Shown: positions 1-14,670, numbered from the stretch's first letter. The stretch: 64,000 nucleotides of DNA from Octopus vulgaris (GCA_951406725.2 OX597841.1:12772001-12836000), one strand, 5' to 3'. Notes: a model not told the origin generated them from the sequence alone. Numbers and translations are program-made.

Positions 1-1088
1 AATTGAATGGCCATAAAGCAATTCCCATGTTGTTGCTGTTTAGCTACAGGTACTCTATTACCCGGGTACTGATACACATATATACAGACACTTAGACACA
101 CACATACACGTATACACAGAAGCATAGAAAGAGAGAGAGGTAGGTGGGTGGGTGTGAAGGAAATAAACAGACAGATAGAGGCAGTTCCCCCCTCTTGCTG
201 GGGGTAAGGTTGAAAGGGGCGGGTGGGGGTGGGGTGGCGAGGAGGAAGTCCCTATCACTTCCCTGTAATTCCCTCACCAGAGATTCAAAGTACAATAGAA
301 GGGGGTGCGGGGGGGGGAGGTTCGGGGGTGCAGGGGGGTGAGAAAGAAAAACCTTTTTATCAAACACATGGCCTTCACAGGACCCATTAGAGGATCCCTT
401 ACATCTCTCTGGGTATGGGCAGGGTTGTGGGTGCGGTGGGGGGGGAGGGTAGTGCATGGGTATGGTGAGGCTGGGTAGGTGGGGGGGACCCTTCCTTTCT
501 CTTGGGTGAAGAATGAGGCAGGTGGTGAACCCCTTCACTTTTTCTTTCTCTCTCTCTCTGTCACTCTCTACCTCTCACTGTCTCTCTCTTCCTATCTCTC
601 CCCTCTGTTTCTCCTCCACCTCTCTCCCTTCCTCCCTCTCTCTCTCTCTCTCTTTGTCTCTCTTCCTTTCTTCCTCTTCCTCCTCTCTCTCTCCCCCCCC
701 TTCCTCTCTCTTGGTATTGTTATCATGTCCTAGATGTGTGTGTGTGTTTAGGTTATGTGCATTTGTGTTTCATATGTGTGTGTATGTGTCAGTATGTATG
801 TATATATAGACATGGGAGTGCATATACATGTGTGTGTGTGTGTGTGTGTGTAGCATCTTGTGATTGTCATCTGACCATTATTCCAAACTGAACCTACTGA
901 CTCTGTTACCATGGATATAAGTGTGTGTGTGTGTGTGTGTGTGTATGGGTGAACATATGTGGAAGAGTTTTTCAGCTTTTAATGTGTGTGCACACATATA
1001 TATATATGTGTGCGTGTATCTATGTATACCAATATCAATATCTATCCATCTCTCTCTCTCTCTATATATATATATACCTATATACGTT

Positions 1089-1139
<51 letters not shown>

Positions 1140-1441
1140 ATCTATCTGTTTGTTCATCTATCTATCTATATACCTATATATATATATATATATATTATAT
1201 CTATATGTATGAATATCTTATACATACATGCATATGTGTGCATGTGTGTGTGTATATATGTAGATATATATTTCTATTTATATATAAAGTATGCTCACAC
1301 ATAATTGGGTTGAAACAGAAACCTGCTGTGGTTAATTGGTTGGTTGAGCGGTGGTTGGTATGGGAGGATTTGAAATACCAGCTAATACTTAACATAAATC
1401 CGAAGAGGGCGCTGGTTGCTTCTCTGGCCAAAGATTGTATT

Positions 1442-2230
1442 GTGTTACACAGTGTGACATAGAAAATATTGATTGGTTGAGTGTCATGTTACACAGTGTG
1501 ACATAGAAAATATTGATTGGTTGAGTGTCATGTTACACAGTGTGACATAGAAAATATTGATTGGTTGAGTGACGTGTTACACAGTGTGACATAGAAAATA
1601 TTGATTGGTTGAGTGTTGTGTTACACAGTGTGACATAGAAAATATTGATTGGTTGAGTGACGTGTTACACAGTGTGACATAGAAAATATTGATTGGTTGA
1701 GTGACGTGTTACACAGTGTGACATAGAAAATATTGATTGGTTGAGTGACGTGTGACACAGAAAATATTGATTGGTTGAGTGACGTGTTACACAGTGTGAC
1801 ATAGAAAATATTGATTGGTTGAGTGTCGTGTTACACAGTGTGACATAGAAAATTTTGATGGTTGAGTGTTGTGTTACACAGTGTGACAGAAAATTTTGAT
1901 GGTTGAGTGTTGTGTTACACAGTGTGACAGAAAATATTGATTGGTTGAGTGACGTGTTACACAGTGTGACATAGAAAATATTGATTGGTTGAGTGTTGTG
2001 TTACACAGTGTGACATAGAAAATATTGATTGGTTGAGTGACGTGTTACACAGTGTGACATAGAAAATATTGATTGGTTGAGTGTTGTGTTACACAGTGTG
2101 ACATAGAAAATATTGATTGGTTGAGTGTTGTGTTACACAGTGTGACATAGAAAATTTTGATGGTTGAGTGTTGTGTTACACAGTGTGACATAGAAAATAT
2201 TGATTGGTTGAGTGTCGTGTTACACAGTGT
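1442..2230. repeat. 44-bp minisatellite, about 18 tandem units
   Basis: Unit GTGTTACACAGTGTGACATAGAAAATATTGATTGGTTGAGTG(AC/TT/TC) recurs head-to-tail (starts 1442, 1486, ...). A few units are shortened and there are no spacers. Confidence 0.95.
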
Positions 2231-2689
2231 GGAACAAGTAGAACTTGGTTGAGTGATGCCTGGCTGAAAGAGTAACTTATTACATGTTGCTGTAGCATGG
2301 TCTCTACTCGGACAAGTTTGGTCTCCTCTTCTTTCTGTTTGGAAGGGTTTATGTCACTTCTCAACAAAAGGGCCTGCAACTGATCATTGTACTACATCTT
2401 TGGTCCTGTGGCCAAGCAGTGACCATGTGTGGCTGGCCAGAGTGGGACATGAGATCAATCTATAACACAACCCTCACTCAAGGAGACGCTGGGATATACG
2501 ACACAATGTAACTCATTAGATTAGGGATTCTGTGTGTGTGAGAGAGAGGGGGCAGAAAGAGACAGAAAGACAAAGGGAGAGAGAGACAGAAAGAGATAGA
2601 GAGACAGGGAGATGTAGAGAGGGAGGGGGAGAGAGCCGGAGCAAAAGTGAAGGAATTCACCCCCCACCTACATCATTCTTCCCCTATGG

Positions 2690-3000
2690 AGACAAAGTGG
2701 CTGAATAAAAGATGGTCAAATCTAGGTCAGGACTGACCTAGGGCTAAACAACGATGCCTAAAAACAAGGAAGGACACACTAGATAATGTAGTCCTAGATA
2801 CACCATGCCTGAATAAAAGTTGGGATGGTCTCAGCTGATGCATCTTTGATCATAGTTCTGCTGCATCAGGAAAAACCAGGGGCTAAACAACATACAAGAG
2901 GGATACATTAGATAATGTAGTCCTAGATACACTATGCCTGTATAAAAGATGGGATGGTCATAGGCAGAACATCTCTGATTGACCTTGATCAGCATTGACC
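2690..3000 (-). mobile_element. Short interspersed repeat occurring as tandem 2-3-mers (also 10285-10500 +, 19045-19280 +)
   Basis: Shared motifs TTTAGCCCCAGGTCAGTCCTGATCC, GATCAAAGATGTTCCAGCCATGACCATCCC and TATCTAGGACTACATTATCTA, repeated within and between the loci. Confidence 0.65.
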
Positions 3001-3135
3001 AGTGACTACACAAGAGAGGCAACAACATTAGACAGACACACGACACCCTATGGACTGATGTCACTCAGTTGCAACAATGTGAAGCTTTCGTTTTTTGAGG
3101 AAGTGAACAACCCACTCACTGAATAAGTTTGCATC

Positions 3136-3180
<45 letters not shown>

Positions 3181-3304
3181 AATATCACTCTATATATATA
3201 TAAGTGTATATATGTATATATGTACATATATATGTATGTATATATGTATATATATATATATATTTATATATATATGTATATATATTTATATATATATATG
3301 TTAA

Positions 3305-3339
<35 letters not shown>

Positions 3340-3364
3340 AAGTACATATATATATATATGTATG

Positions 3365-3412
<48 letters not shown>

Positions 3413-3690
3413 TACATATATATATAAATGTATGTATATATATATATATGTATGTATATGTACATATATATACATATATGTATACATACATATATATATA
3501 TAAATATATGTATATATAAAAAATATATGTATATATATATATGTGTATGTTTATATATTTATATATGTGTGTGTGCGTGTGTGTACACAGCTGACTGAGT
3601 GTTTATGTGTAGTTGTTTGTGCACATGCTAGTGACATCATCATGTTTTCTAACAGCAGGTGTGTATATGCTGTGCACTGAGTATACATAC

Positions 3691-3727
<37 letters not shown>

Positions 3728-3779
3728 TTTGCATATATACATATCTATATATATATATATAATTAAATCACAATCATCA

Positions 3780-4518
3780 TCATGATTATTGAATGTCCAT
3801 TGTCCCTGCTTGTATGGTTTGACCAGGGCTGGCAAGCAGGAAGGTTGCACTAGACGCCAGCCTGATTTGGTATGGTTTTCTATGGCTGGGTGCCCTTCCA
3901 ACCATTCCGAGAGAATAATGGGTGCTTTTGCGTGCCATTTGCCTGACATCAGTATCTGTCATAACTGAGATTTTGCTCGGCTTGATGGGTCTTCTTTTCA
4001 AGCACAACGTAATGCCAAATGTCTAATGGATGGGACAGTTTGACCAGGGCTGGCAAGCTGGAGAGCTGCATCAGGCTCTGTTCTGATTTGGCAGGGTTTT
4101 ACAGCTGGATGCCCTTTCCTAAGGCCAACCACTTTATGGAATGTGCTGCGGGCTTCTACATGGTCTCTCTCTCTCTCTCTCTCTTTATTCTGCAATCTCA
4201 CATCACTTGGCACAAACTGCTCCCTTCTCTGTTGAAGGGTCTTGACTTGCAAGTTACGTGGTGACCCCATTGGTGCTGGTCCCACATAAAAAGCAACCAG
4301 TTCACACCCTGTAAAGTGGTTGGCTCTAGGAAGGCCCATGCAGCCACAGAAGCCAAACTGAAGCAGACAGTAGGACTTGGTGGAGTCCTCGTGACTTGCC
4401 AGATCCTGTTTGAAGATGATGTACGTATTTAGAAGCACGAATATGCAGACGAAAGCATCTGTAGGACCTCATTCGTGAGTGCATGTTTATTTAAACACAC
4501 CTGCATATACATATGTTT

Positions 4519-4559
<41 letters not shown>

Positions 4560-4634
4560 ATATATGTATGTATATGTCTCTCTCTCTCTCTCTCTCTGTA
4601 TATATATATATATAAAGTTAATCCAAACAAGAAA

Positions 4635-4668
<34 letters not shown>

Positions 4669-4806
4669 CTAATGTAGGATAAAATTTTTTTCGGGAAAAA
4701 ATTTTTATCAATGGCCAGCATATCAAAAAATACCTCTAAAGGTTAAATTTATAAATAATTTACAAAATGAGGGCAAAAGAAAAAAATTTTTCTTCTGCCC
4801 TCATTT

Positions 4807-4851
<45 letters not shown>

Positions 4852-5755
4852 ATGTATATATATGTAGCTGCAACAATAATGTTGTAGGTACGATGTAACG
4901 TTTATACACACCCACAACACACAAAAGTGCATGTATGGCTGTGTATGTTTACTTTCAGTGATCAGCACTTCTTCAAACAGCTGCCCTCATCCATACTCAT
5001 CATACATCCGTACAAGCGGAGCCATCTTTCTTGTAAACCACATCTGATTCCTCTTTTGCCCTGTTGCTTTTTCTCTCAGCACATTTATATTACATCATTC
5101 ACGCACACTTACATTGCAACATGCAATGGTGCATATTTGTCCAGGTCTTCTCAAGCCTTCCAGTCGAGGCCCATCTTTCACTACAATGCTGTATTCCAGT
5201 TTTAATACAATACAATTTGCCCTTCAATATTCATATGATTTAACCCCCTGAGTGGCACCATCCAAACATAGCCAATGCCAGTGCCCCAGAATGGCTCCCA
5301 TGCCAGTGGCATGTAAAAAGCACCCACTACACACTCTGAGTGGTTGGCATTAGGAAGGGCATCAAGCTGTAGAAACCTTGCCAGATCAGATTGGAGCCTG
5401 GTGCAGCCATCTGGTTCGCCAGTCCTCAGTCAAACCATCCAACCCATGCCAGCATGGAAAGAGGATGTTAAACAATGATGATGATGATGATGATATAGGT
5501 GCAGGCACAGGCATGGCTGTGTGGTAAGAAGCTTGCTTCCCAACCACATGGTTCTGGGTTCAGTCCCACTGCCTGGCACCTTGGGCAAGTGTCTTGTACT
5601 ATAGCCTCTGTTTTCCATGCTGGCATGGGTTGGCCGGTTCGACCGGGGTCTGTGAAGCCAGGAGGCTGCACCAAGCCCCAATCTGATCTGGCAGTGTTTC
5701 TACAGCTGGATGCCCTTCCTAATGCCAACCACTCCGAGAGTGTAAGTGGGTGTTT
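3780..5755. mobile_element. Cluster of degraded RTE LINE fragments and RTE 3'UTR-type repeats (family B), both strands
   Basis: GGAAGGGCATCCAGCTGTAGAAAC...CCATGCCAGCATGGAAA...(GAT)n motifs at about 3780-3950 (-), 5270-5492 (+) and 5610-5755 (-). 4950-5200 resembles the RTE ORF remnant near 37950. Confidence 0.7.
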
Positions 5756-5934
5756 TTATACATATATTATATATGTATGTATATATTGTAGAAAAGCAGC
5801 CAACAACTGATGAAGGGTCATTCTTTATGTTGTTTGTTTTGTCTTTCGTTGTTTGAAAAAATTAGTTTATATTCCATTTACTCATACTTCCTATATTTTT
5901 GTTGTACAAGTTTCATGATGTCCTCTGCCCACAT

Positions 5935-6145
5935 ATGCATGTGACCTCATCTGTATCACTAGCGATTTTTTTCCCCTGTCTTCCCTTCTCGGGATCTTTC
6001 TTTCTCCTATGTTTCCGACGAAGAGCTCCGCTCGAAACGTCAAAACCTCCTTCTTTCCTTCTTTCCTGAGCGTCCAATAATACTTTATTTGTTCCACGTC
6101 CTCGCGTTGTTGTGTTTTTGTTTTTGTTTTCTTGTTTGGAGTAAC
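5935..6145 (+). mobile_element. Penelope-like pLTR-type fragment with a minimal hammerhead-like motif (second copy 17105-17310)
   Basis: Near-identical 200-bp copies abut (TA)n. Motif GTTT-CCGACGA-A-GAGC-TCC-GCTC-GAAA-CG-TC-AAA at 6011-6046. Confidence 0.65.
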
Positions 6146-6244
<99 letters not shown>

Positions 6245-6612
6245 GTATAGATGCAAATATGTGCATATATGCATGTATATATATTATTATATGATTGGAT
6301 ATCACGCATCCTCTTCCAGGTAAGTTTTATATATATATATATATATTTTTTTTTCTAGTTTCAGCTCAGAGCTGCGGCCATGCTGATGCACCGCCGTTTT
6401 GTGCTACACTGTTATTACAAAGAATATATATATATTATATGTAAGCATGTATAGAAAACAAGCAAAAATGTTTTGTTGTTTAGTTTCAGGCAACGGAGAA
6501 GTAACATATTTATAATTATAGGTACACCCACACACACATTTATACTAATTATTTTTGGTGTATAAAGTCAGATATATATATGTGTGTACATATATATATA
6601 TGAATATATATA

Positions 6613-6695
<83 letters not shown>

Positions 6696-7145
6696 GTGTG
6701 TATATATATATGTGTATATATATATATATTTTATATATATATATTTATATATATATGTATATATATATGTCTGTATATATATATGTGTATATATATATGT
6801 GTGTGTATATATATATATATATATAAACAAACGTTAGAGGATGATGATGATGATATATATATATACATCTATATCTATATCTATCTATCTATATATATAT
6901 TAAAGTACATATACACACACTCACACAAGTATATATGTAGATATACAGATATAGATGCATAGAAACACACGCACACACCTGTATGTGTGTGTGTGGGGGG
7001 GTGCGTAAACATTAGCAATGTTTACCATTCCACCACGAAGCACCAAGAAGAAACAGCTGGCGGAGGAGAAAAAATGATATTTGAGGAAAAAATAATTGTT
7101 GGAAACTAAACAGATTGGCAGTATGTATCATATAGGCATAGGTAC

Positions 7146-7177
<32 letters not shown>

Positions 7178-7229
7178 GAAGCTATTTACACATATATGTG
7201 TGTGTAATCATGTTTATGTATATGTAACC

Positions 7230-7272
<43 letters not shown>

Positions 7273-7394
7273 GACACACACACATATGTATGTATATATT
7301 TATAGACAGATGTATATATGATTATGTGTATGTATATATGTATATATGTATATATACATGTATATACTTATATATATGAGTGTGTGTGTATATT

Positions 7395-7438
<44 letters not shown>

Positions 7439-7880
7439 GTATATATGTATGTATCTATATATTTGTAGATAGATGTACATATGCATGTGTATGTATATAT
7501 ATATATATATATATATGTATATGTATATATATATGTATGTATATATGTATATATGTGTATATATATATATATATATGTATGTATATATGTGTGTGTGTAG
7601 AGATGTAGGGAGGGAGGGGGTGAGGTGGTTAGGCTGATAGATATTAATGTTTTTTTCTTAACATTTCATTACAACAAATCCCATTTTTGCATTAATCCGA
7701 TGGCTTACTCTAGACTCGTGTATAGAGTAACAAATTCATTGAGAGTTGAGCAGAGCCAGACTTGGTGCTGGTGCCATGATTAATCAGACCAATTCTTGAA
7801 AAATATATATTTATTATACACATCTATATTTATTATACAAAGATATTAATCTTAAACAAGGTTATTATTGACAGGGACTT

Positions 7881-8240
7881 TATCAACCACATGGTTCCGG
7901 GTTCAGTCCCACTGCGTGGCACCTTGGGCAAGTGTCTTCTACTATAGCCTCGGGCCGACCAAAGCCTTGTGACTGGATTTGGTAGACAGAAACTGAAAGA
8001 AGCCTGTCGTATATATGTATATATATGTGTATGTGTGTGTGTGTGTGTTTGTACCCCCAACATCACTTGACAAACGATGCTGGTGTGTTTATGTCCCCGT
8101 CACTTAGTGGTTCGGCAAAAGAGACCGATAGAATAAGTACTGGGCTTACAAAGAATAAGTCCCGGGGTCGATTTGCTCGATTAAAGGCGGTGCTCCAGCA
8201 TGGCCGCAGTCAAATGACTGAAACAAGTAAAAGAGTAAGC
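7881..8240 (+). mobile_element. tRNA-derived SINE family A (5'-truncated)
   Basis: GGTTCAGTCCC B-box-like motif, internal (TA/TG)n, tail GGCGGTGCTCCAGCATGGCCGCAGTCAAATGACTGAAACAAGTAAAAGAG shared with many copies in the window. Confidence 0.9.
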
Positions 8241-8294
8241 AAAAACGGATATAAATAATTGACCTTTCAATAAATTTTATTATTAACACCATTT

Positions 8295-8930
8295 CGAGCA
8301 TGGCCGTAGCCAGTACCGCCTGATTGGCCCTCGTGCTGGTGGCACGTAAAAAGCACCCACTACACTCTCGGAGTGGTTGGCGTTAGGAAGGGCATCCAGC
8401 TGTAGAAACTCTGCCTGATCAAGATTGGAGCCTGGTGCAGCCTTCTGGCTCGCCAGACCTCAGTAAAAACGTCCAACCCGGGCTAGCATGGAAAGCAGAC
8501 GTTAAATGATGATGATGATGATGATGATGATGATATATATATACATATACTGTGCTTGAGGAGACCTATTGAGTCAAGTACATCAACATCAAAAAATCAA
8601 ATGAAAATTGTAGTTGTGATACCTGTGTCGGTGGCACGTAAAAAGAACCATCCGAACGTGGCCGTTGCCAGCTCCGCCTTGACTGTCTTCCGTGCCAGTG
8701 GCACGAAAAAAGTGCCAACTGATCGTGGTCGTTTCCGGCCTCACCTGGCACCTGTGCCGGCACGTAAAAAGCACCCACCACACTCATGGAGTGGTTGGCG
8801 TTAGGAAGGGCATCCAGCTGTAGAAACACTGCCAGATCAGACTGGAGCCTGGTGCAGCCTCCTGGCTTCTCAGACACCGGTCGAACTGTCCAACCATGCT
8901 AACACAAAAAACGGACGTTCAATGATGATG
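8295..8930 (+). mobile_element. Two family B (RTE 3'UTR-like) retroposon copies
   Basis: TGGCACGTAAAAAGCACCCAC...GGAAGGGCATCCAGCTGTAGAAAC...(GAT)n tails at about 8507-8533 and 8922-8944. Confidence 0.85.
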
Positions 8931-8944
8931 ATAATGGTGATGAT

Positions 8945-9215
8945 TAATGGCCTTTGTCCATCGGTCAAGCAATTTAAATATTCCATCAGCACAAAATTTG
9001 ACCAGTTTTGAAGAAAAAAGTTATCTAGATGCATTTTGACTCCATCTAAATCATTAAATGTTTTTCTTCGCAATGAGTTCTGTAGAGACAAGTTGTAGTC
9101 GGATGGTACAACATCAGGAGAACATGGTGGATGGGGTGAGAGATTCCAGCCAAGTTCATGTAACTTTGTTCCGGTAGCCAAAGACACGTGGTCAGGCATT
9201 GTCTTATTGGTACAA
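8945..9215 (-). mobile_element. Mariner transposase C-terminal remnant
   Basis: ORF 8870..9241(-) contains LHELGWNLSPHPPCSPDVVPSDYNL...SLRRKTF, matching the mariner HPPYSPDLAPSDYHLF motif. Confidence 0.9.
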
Positions 9216-9924
9216 TAAGACAAGGCTATAGTAGAAGACACTTGCCCAAGGTGCCATGCAGTGGGACTGAACCCAGAACCATGTGGTTGGGAAGCAAGCT
9301 ACTTACCACACAGCCATGCCTGTGCCAAAATACATTTAATACAAAGAATGTACGTATGGAATCATATAAAAAGGTCTGAGACACACAGAACAGAAATGAT
9401 ATCAGAATGGAAATATAGATACATATCTTTTACTTGATTCAGTCATTAAACTGTGGCCATGCTGGGGCACCACATTGCAGAATTTTAATCCCATAAACTG
9501 ACCCTAGTACACTTTTGTTTTTAAAGCCTGGTACTTATTCGATTGGCCACTTTTGCCAAAATACTAAATTACAGGGATGTAAACGGACCAACACCAGTTG
9601 TCCAGCAGTGGTGGGAGACCAACAAGACACACAGACACATGTATATGTAGGTATCATAAACGAAACTCTAGGACCTTGATTCACTTATGTAGCTTCACAG
9701 ATTATGTTAAACCTTGAGGTTACGTTCTGAGTTCAAATTCCACCGAGGTCGACTTTGCCTTTTATCCTTTCGGGGTCGATTAAAAACAAGTACCAGTTAT
9801 GCACTGGGGTCGATATAATTGACTTAATCTGTTTGTCTGTCCTTGTTAGACCTCTCTGTGTTTAGCCCCTTGTGGGTAGTAAAGTCAAATGACTGAAACA
9901 AGTAAAAGAGTAAAAGAGTAGTCA

Positions 9925-9955
<31 letters not shown>

Positions 9956-10503
9956 ATTAATGGTGGGGCTACTTACTGCTACTGGTGATCATCATCATCA
10001 TCATCAACACAAGGGAAGACTGGAAGGGATATGCAGTATGGGGGCGTGGCAACCATTTGTTTGATCTCCTCCTCCCACTATAACCCCCCCCACACACACA
10101 CACACACATGTATTTACTCCTCACACTGTTACCACCTTCACTACCTTTACAGCCAGTTCTGTTAAAGGGCTGCTACTACTACAACGAGTGACAACCATAT
10201 TGTCCATAAGTACAGCCGGCTATGGAGTTGGCTTACTGACCACTCAGGCAGTTCTGCGTGTGTGTGTGTGTGTGTGCGTGGTTAGTATGGTTGTTTAGTC
10301 CCTGGTTAGTCCTGATCCAGCAGAGTTATGATCAAAGATGTTCCAGCCATGACCATCCCATCTTTTATTCAGACATAAGTATATCTACGACTATATTATC
10401 TAACATGTCCTTTCTTCTAGTTATTGTTTAGCCCCAGGTCAGTCCTGATCCAAATAGGCCTATGTTCAAAGATGTTCCAGCTGTGACCATCCCGTTGCTT
10501 ACA

Positions 10504-10554
<51 letters not shown>

Positions 10555-10599
10555 CATATATATATACACATATATGTATATATACACATATATATATTT

Positions 10600-10686
<87 letters not shown>

Positions 10687-10690
10687 CACA

Positions 10691-10844
10691 GGTGCAGGAA
10701 TGGCTGTGCCGTAAGAAGCTTGCTTCTGGGTTCAGTCCTGCTGCATGGCACCTTGAGCAAATATCTTCTACTATAGCCCTGGGCCAACCAAAGACTTGTC
10801 AGTAGATTTGATAGACAGAAACTGAAAGAAGCCCATTGTATATG

Positions 10845-10879
<35 letters not shown>

Positions 10880-11110
10880 TGTATGTATATATATGTGTGT
10901 TTGTGTGTCTGTAGTTGTCCCCCCACACAATCACTTGACAACCGATGCTGGTGTGTTTACATCCCCATAACTTAGTGGTTCAGCAAAAGAGGCTGACAGA
11001 ATAAGTACTAGGCTTACAAAGAATAAGTCTTGGGATTGATTTGCTCGAATGAAGGTGGTACTCCAGCATAGCCGCAGTCAAATGACTGAAACAAGTAAAA
11101 GAGTAAAAGA
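10691..11110 (+). mobile_element. SINE family A, full-length, diverged
   Basis: Head GGTGCAGGAATGGCTGTG..., internal microsatellite, tail GAAACAAGTAAAAGAGTAAAAG. Confidence 0.85.
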
Positions 11111-11549
11111 ATATATATACATATATAAAATTCAAATAAGTTACCAATATCTTAAAAAAAATAATGATAAGATGACCAGCAAACATGATCCAAATATACA
11201 AAATATATAAAAGAAAAGGTCAGGGTACAATATGTACCTGTTTGCTTGAAAGAGGAGTTAAAACCCTCCAAAATCAAGCATCCCTCACTATATGCAAAGA
11301 TGCACGGAGAATATAACAAAGATATTTCTCCCAAACAATCCTCCTGCTTGTAAAATACCTTTCGTAAATTGCAAATAGGATTGCTGGCCATTTTATCATT
11401 ATTTTTATACATAATGATGACTTATTTGAAATAGATATATATATATATATATATGTACACATATATATATAAATACACACATACTTATAGAAATATCGAA
11501 ATATAGATGGATAATATATACAGGTATATGTATGTATTTATATATATAC

Positions 11550-11603
<54 letters not shown>

Positions 11604-11762
11604 TACACACACACATACATGCATGTATGTAGTGGAAACTTAAGCTATATAAATGCATACAAACAACAAATGTGATTATAAAATAAATCTTTGATTTTTA
11701 TGAGAGACATCTGGAAGCACTGCAGCTCTGGCTTATGTAAGAGGAGTCATATATATATATAC

Positions 11763-11834
<72 letters not shown>

Positions 11835-11853
11835 AAAAAAAAAACAAAAAAAA

Positions 11854-12041
<188 letters not shown>

Positions 12042-12292
12042 TATTGCAATACAAATGTATTAGTTTCCTGTAAAATAAAGCAGCGTAAAGATAGAAAGTA
12101 TAAATATAAATATAGATTAGTGATACAACAAGGCACCAATATTCCCTGGAAATAGCAGTCGATACATTTACAGTGCTATAGTAAATCTTCAGTGTGTATA
12201 TACTGGCAAAGACGTTTGAGTGCAACAAACATGAAAAATTTGTTTTGCCTCAGTGAAGAACATTCGATAAATGGACAACCCAGAATCGGATA

Positions 12293-12368
12293 ATGCAGGA
12301 CCTAGGTTTCAGACTCTTCAAATACGTTTGTTGTCAACGTAAATTTGATCAGTCTTCATCAGCTGCAT
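12293..12368 (-). ncRNA. Type I hammerhead ribozyme motif, canonical core
   Basis: Minus strand: ATGCAG-CTGATGA-AGACT[hairpin]AGTCT-GAAA-CCTAGG-TC-CTGCAT. Stem I is 6 bp, stem III is the palindrome ACCTAGGT, and the cleavage triplet is GUC. Lies in a (TA)n-flanked element (about 12036-12575). Confidence 0.85.
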
Positions 12369-12576
12369 ATACCTAGACAATATTTCATAAGCTGCCACAT
12401 CAATGCCAGTATACTCACCTGAATGCCTAGCCGTTAACAGAACGAGAACAGTGAAAAAGTTTTCAATGAAAAATAAAATAATGCAATACAAATGTATTAC
12501 TTTGTTATAGTGTTGTAATTGTATCGACTGCTATTTCCAGTGAATATTGGTGCCTTGTATCACTAATCTATATATA

Positions 12577-12806
12577 GGCGGAGAGCTGGCAGAAACGTTA
12601 GCACACCGGGCGAAATGCGTAGCCGTATTTCATCTGTCGTTACATTCCGAGTTCAAATTCCGCCGAGGTCGACTTTGCCTTTCATCCTTTCGGGGTCGAT
12701 AAATTAAGTACCAGTTACACACTGGGGTCGATGTAATCGACTTAATCCGTTTGTCTGTCCTTGTTTGTCCCCTCTGTGTTTAGCCCCTTGTGGGCAGTAA
12801 AGAAAT
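12577..12806 (+). mobile_element. tRNA-derived SINE family C
   Basis: GGCGGAGAGCTGGCAGAAACGTTAGC...GAGTTCAAATTCCGCCGAGGTCGACTTTGCC...TTTAGCCCCTTGTGGG. Other copies at 9720-9885, 29440-29828 (-), 44278-44690, 47610-47767 (-) and 63808-64000. Confidence 0.9.
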
Positions 12807-12979
12807 ATATATATTTATATAGCCAGCTAGAGGAGATGTCTCCCTGGGGCTACAAGCTAGAGTAGCATCCACCCTTAGGGGTCAGCCACATTTAAGTGGC
12901 AAATGTACTTCACAATGTCCTGCGGCTGTTGTTCATTCCTCGCTCAGACATTTATTATTGATTGTTTACACGTTTTCGA

Positions 12980-13593
12980 GATCAGAGACTTTTCGTCACC
13001 AGAAAAAATATATATTTATTTGCATTGGGAACCACTTCACATTGACCACCAGTGATTGTCACTCTTCTGTGTTTTTTGGGAAAGTGAGGCCCAACTCGAT
13101 GCGAAGCCGCTATGTTGGGCGGAATGAAGGAAGCAGATGAAATGAAGACGTATGCAGAGGCTGCGGAAACACGGGAAGCCAAGAAGACATGCGGACTGAA
13201 GCAGGAACAAATAAACTCCACTGGACGTCCTGTTCGATCTTCATCTTCAAAGCTAAAATCTCCACTCCTGAATTTTTCAAACCATCTTCTGCAAGTTCTT
13301 TCATTCAAGCATTCTTTCCCATAAACTGAGTGTTATGTTTCGAGTCGCTTCGGCTGCAGAGTTTCCTTTTTTGTACTCCTAAAGCATTATGTGCCTCAAA
13401 TGCTCTTTGGATGATACTTCCATGTTAGAAAGGGTTTTAATCAAAGAAAATTTAATTCTATTATTCTGTAAAATAATATTTAATTAGTTTAAATATACAC
13501 AAATGCATAAAAATAGTTTTTAATTCCATCAGACATTCTAAAATACTATTAAATTTCATTCAGTTTTTAAAAAAGGTAAAATCGGACAGATGT

Positions 13594-13595
<2 letters not shown>
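12980..13595 (-). mobile_element. Mariner element remnant (5' end and N-terminal HTH region, internally deleted)
   Basis: ERTCRRWFEKFRSGDFSFEDEDRTGRPVEF in ORF 12982..13308(-). The upstream HLRHIML*EYKKGNSAAEA-like reading has a stop and frameshift. Confidence 0.85.
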
Positions 13596-13650
<55 letters not shown>

Positions 13651-13669
13651 GTATATATTTATATATGTG

Positions 13670-13698
<29 letters not shown>

Positions 13699-13702
<4 letters not shown>

Positions 13703-13865
13703 GTTACATTACTCAGTAGTCAAGATATAGTTTCAGATCGAGTGAAATCCACACACATCTTTCGGTTATCTGGCTATTTAAAATAGCCAGATAACCGAAG
13801 AGATATTTCCACTTCGGCATCTGAAACTCAGAGTTTTATCTTGACTACCGAGTAATGTAACATAT
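13699..13865. repeat. About 165-bp imperfect palindrome next to (TA)n
   Basis: ATATGTTACATTACTC..GTAGTCAAGATA...TTCGGTTATCTGGCTATTT|AAATAGCCAGATAACCGAA...TATCTTGACTAC.GAGTAATGTAACATAT. Confidence 0.9.
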
Positions 13866-14062
13866 TGTATAGATAAATTTCCTCTATTTACATAATATTG
13901 AGGTCTCTTTCTTTCTTTTGTTATCTTACCGTTTTATCAATATGTATATATATATATATATATACACATATATATACATACATATGTACGTACATATTAA
14001 CATATATATATATATATATATGATTATATATATGTTTATATGTAATTATGTATATTTGTAAG

Positions 14063-14096
<34 letters not shown>

Positions 14097-14162
14097 ATTA
14101 CATATAAACATAGATATTTACATATATATATATATGTATATATATATATATGTATACATTTA

Positions 14163-14202
<40 letters not shown>

Positions 14203-14614
14203 CATATATATACATACATATGTACACATACATTTGTATATATGGATGTGAATGTGGTGTGTGCATTTCTGTACACGCTTCCATGCACATATATAGTACT
14301 CACATTATACACACTATCGCTCTTCCCCCATAGTCGTTTAGCTTATCTTAATCGCCTCAAATTAGATAATAAAAGCAGAGGAGTGGGGGGCATGGCTGGA
14401 TGTTGATCATGTGACCTTATCGCCTGCCAATTTATCTGCAATTTTTGGTGAGCTTCCGTCATGGAAGCTGTTTCTACCCTAACGAGAAAAATCTTTAGAA
14501 TGCGATTACACACGCAGTCATGTGAGTATGTGTATATACACATACATACATACATATATTTATATACACACATACATGCTTATATATATGTATGTGTATA
14601 TATTTGTATTTATG

Positions 14615-14670
<56 letters not shown>

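Noticed and set aside
140-500. G-rich tracts with G-quadruplex potential (also 27255-27400, 28160-28260)
   Set aside because: Common low-complexity sequence in this genome type, with no evidence of function.
1442-2230. CRISPR-like array
   Set aside because: Units are contiguous with no unique spacers, there are no cas genes, and the context is eukaryotic.
5800-5860. CTGATGA at 5807, and half motifs at 41714, 41970-41992 and 42352
   Set aside because: No matching GAAA/stem set could be completed by eye.
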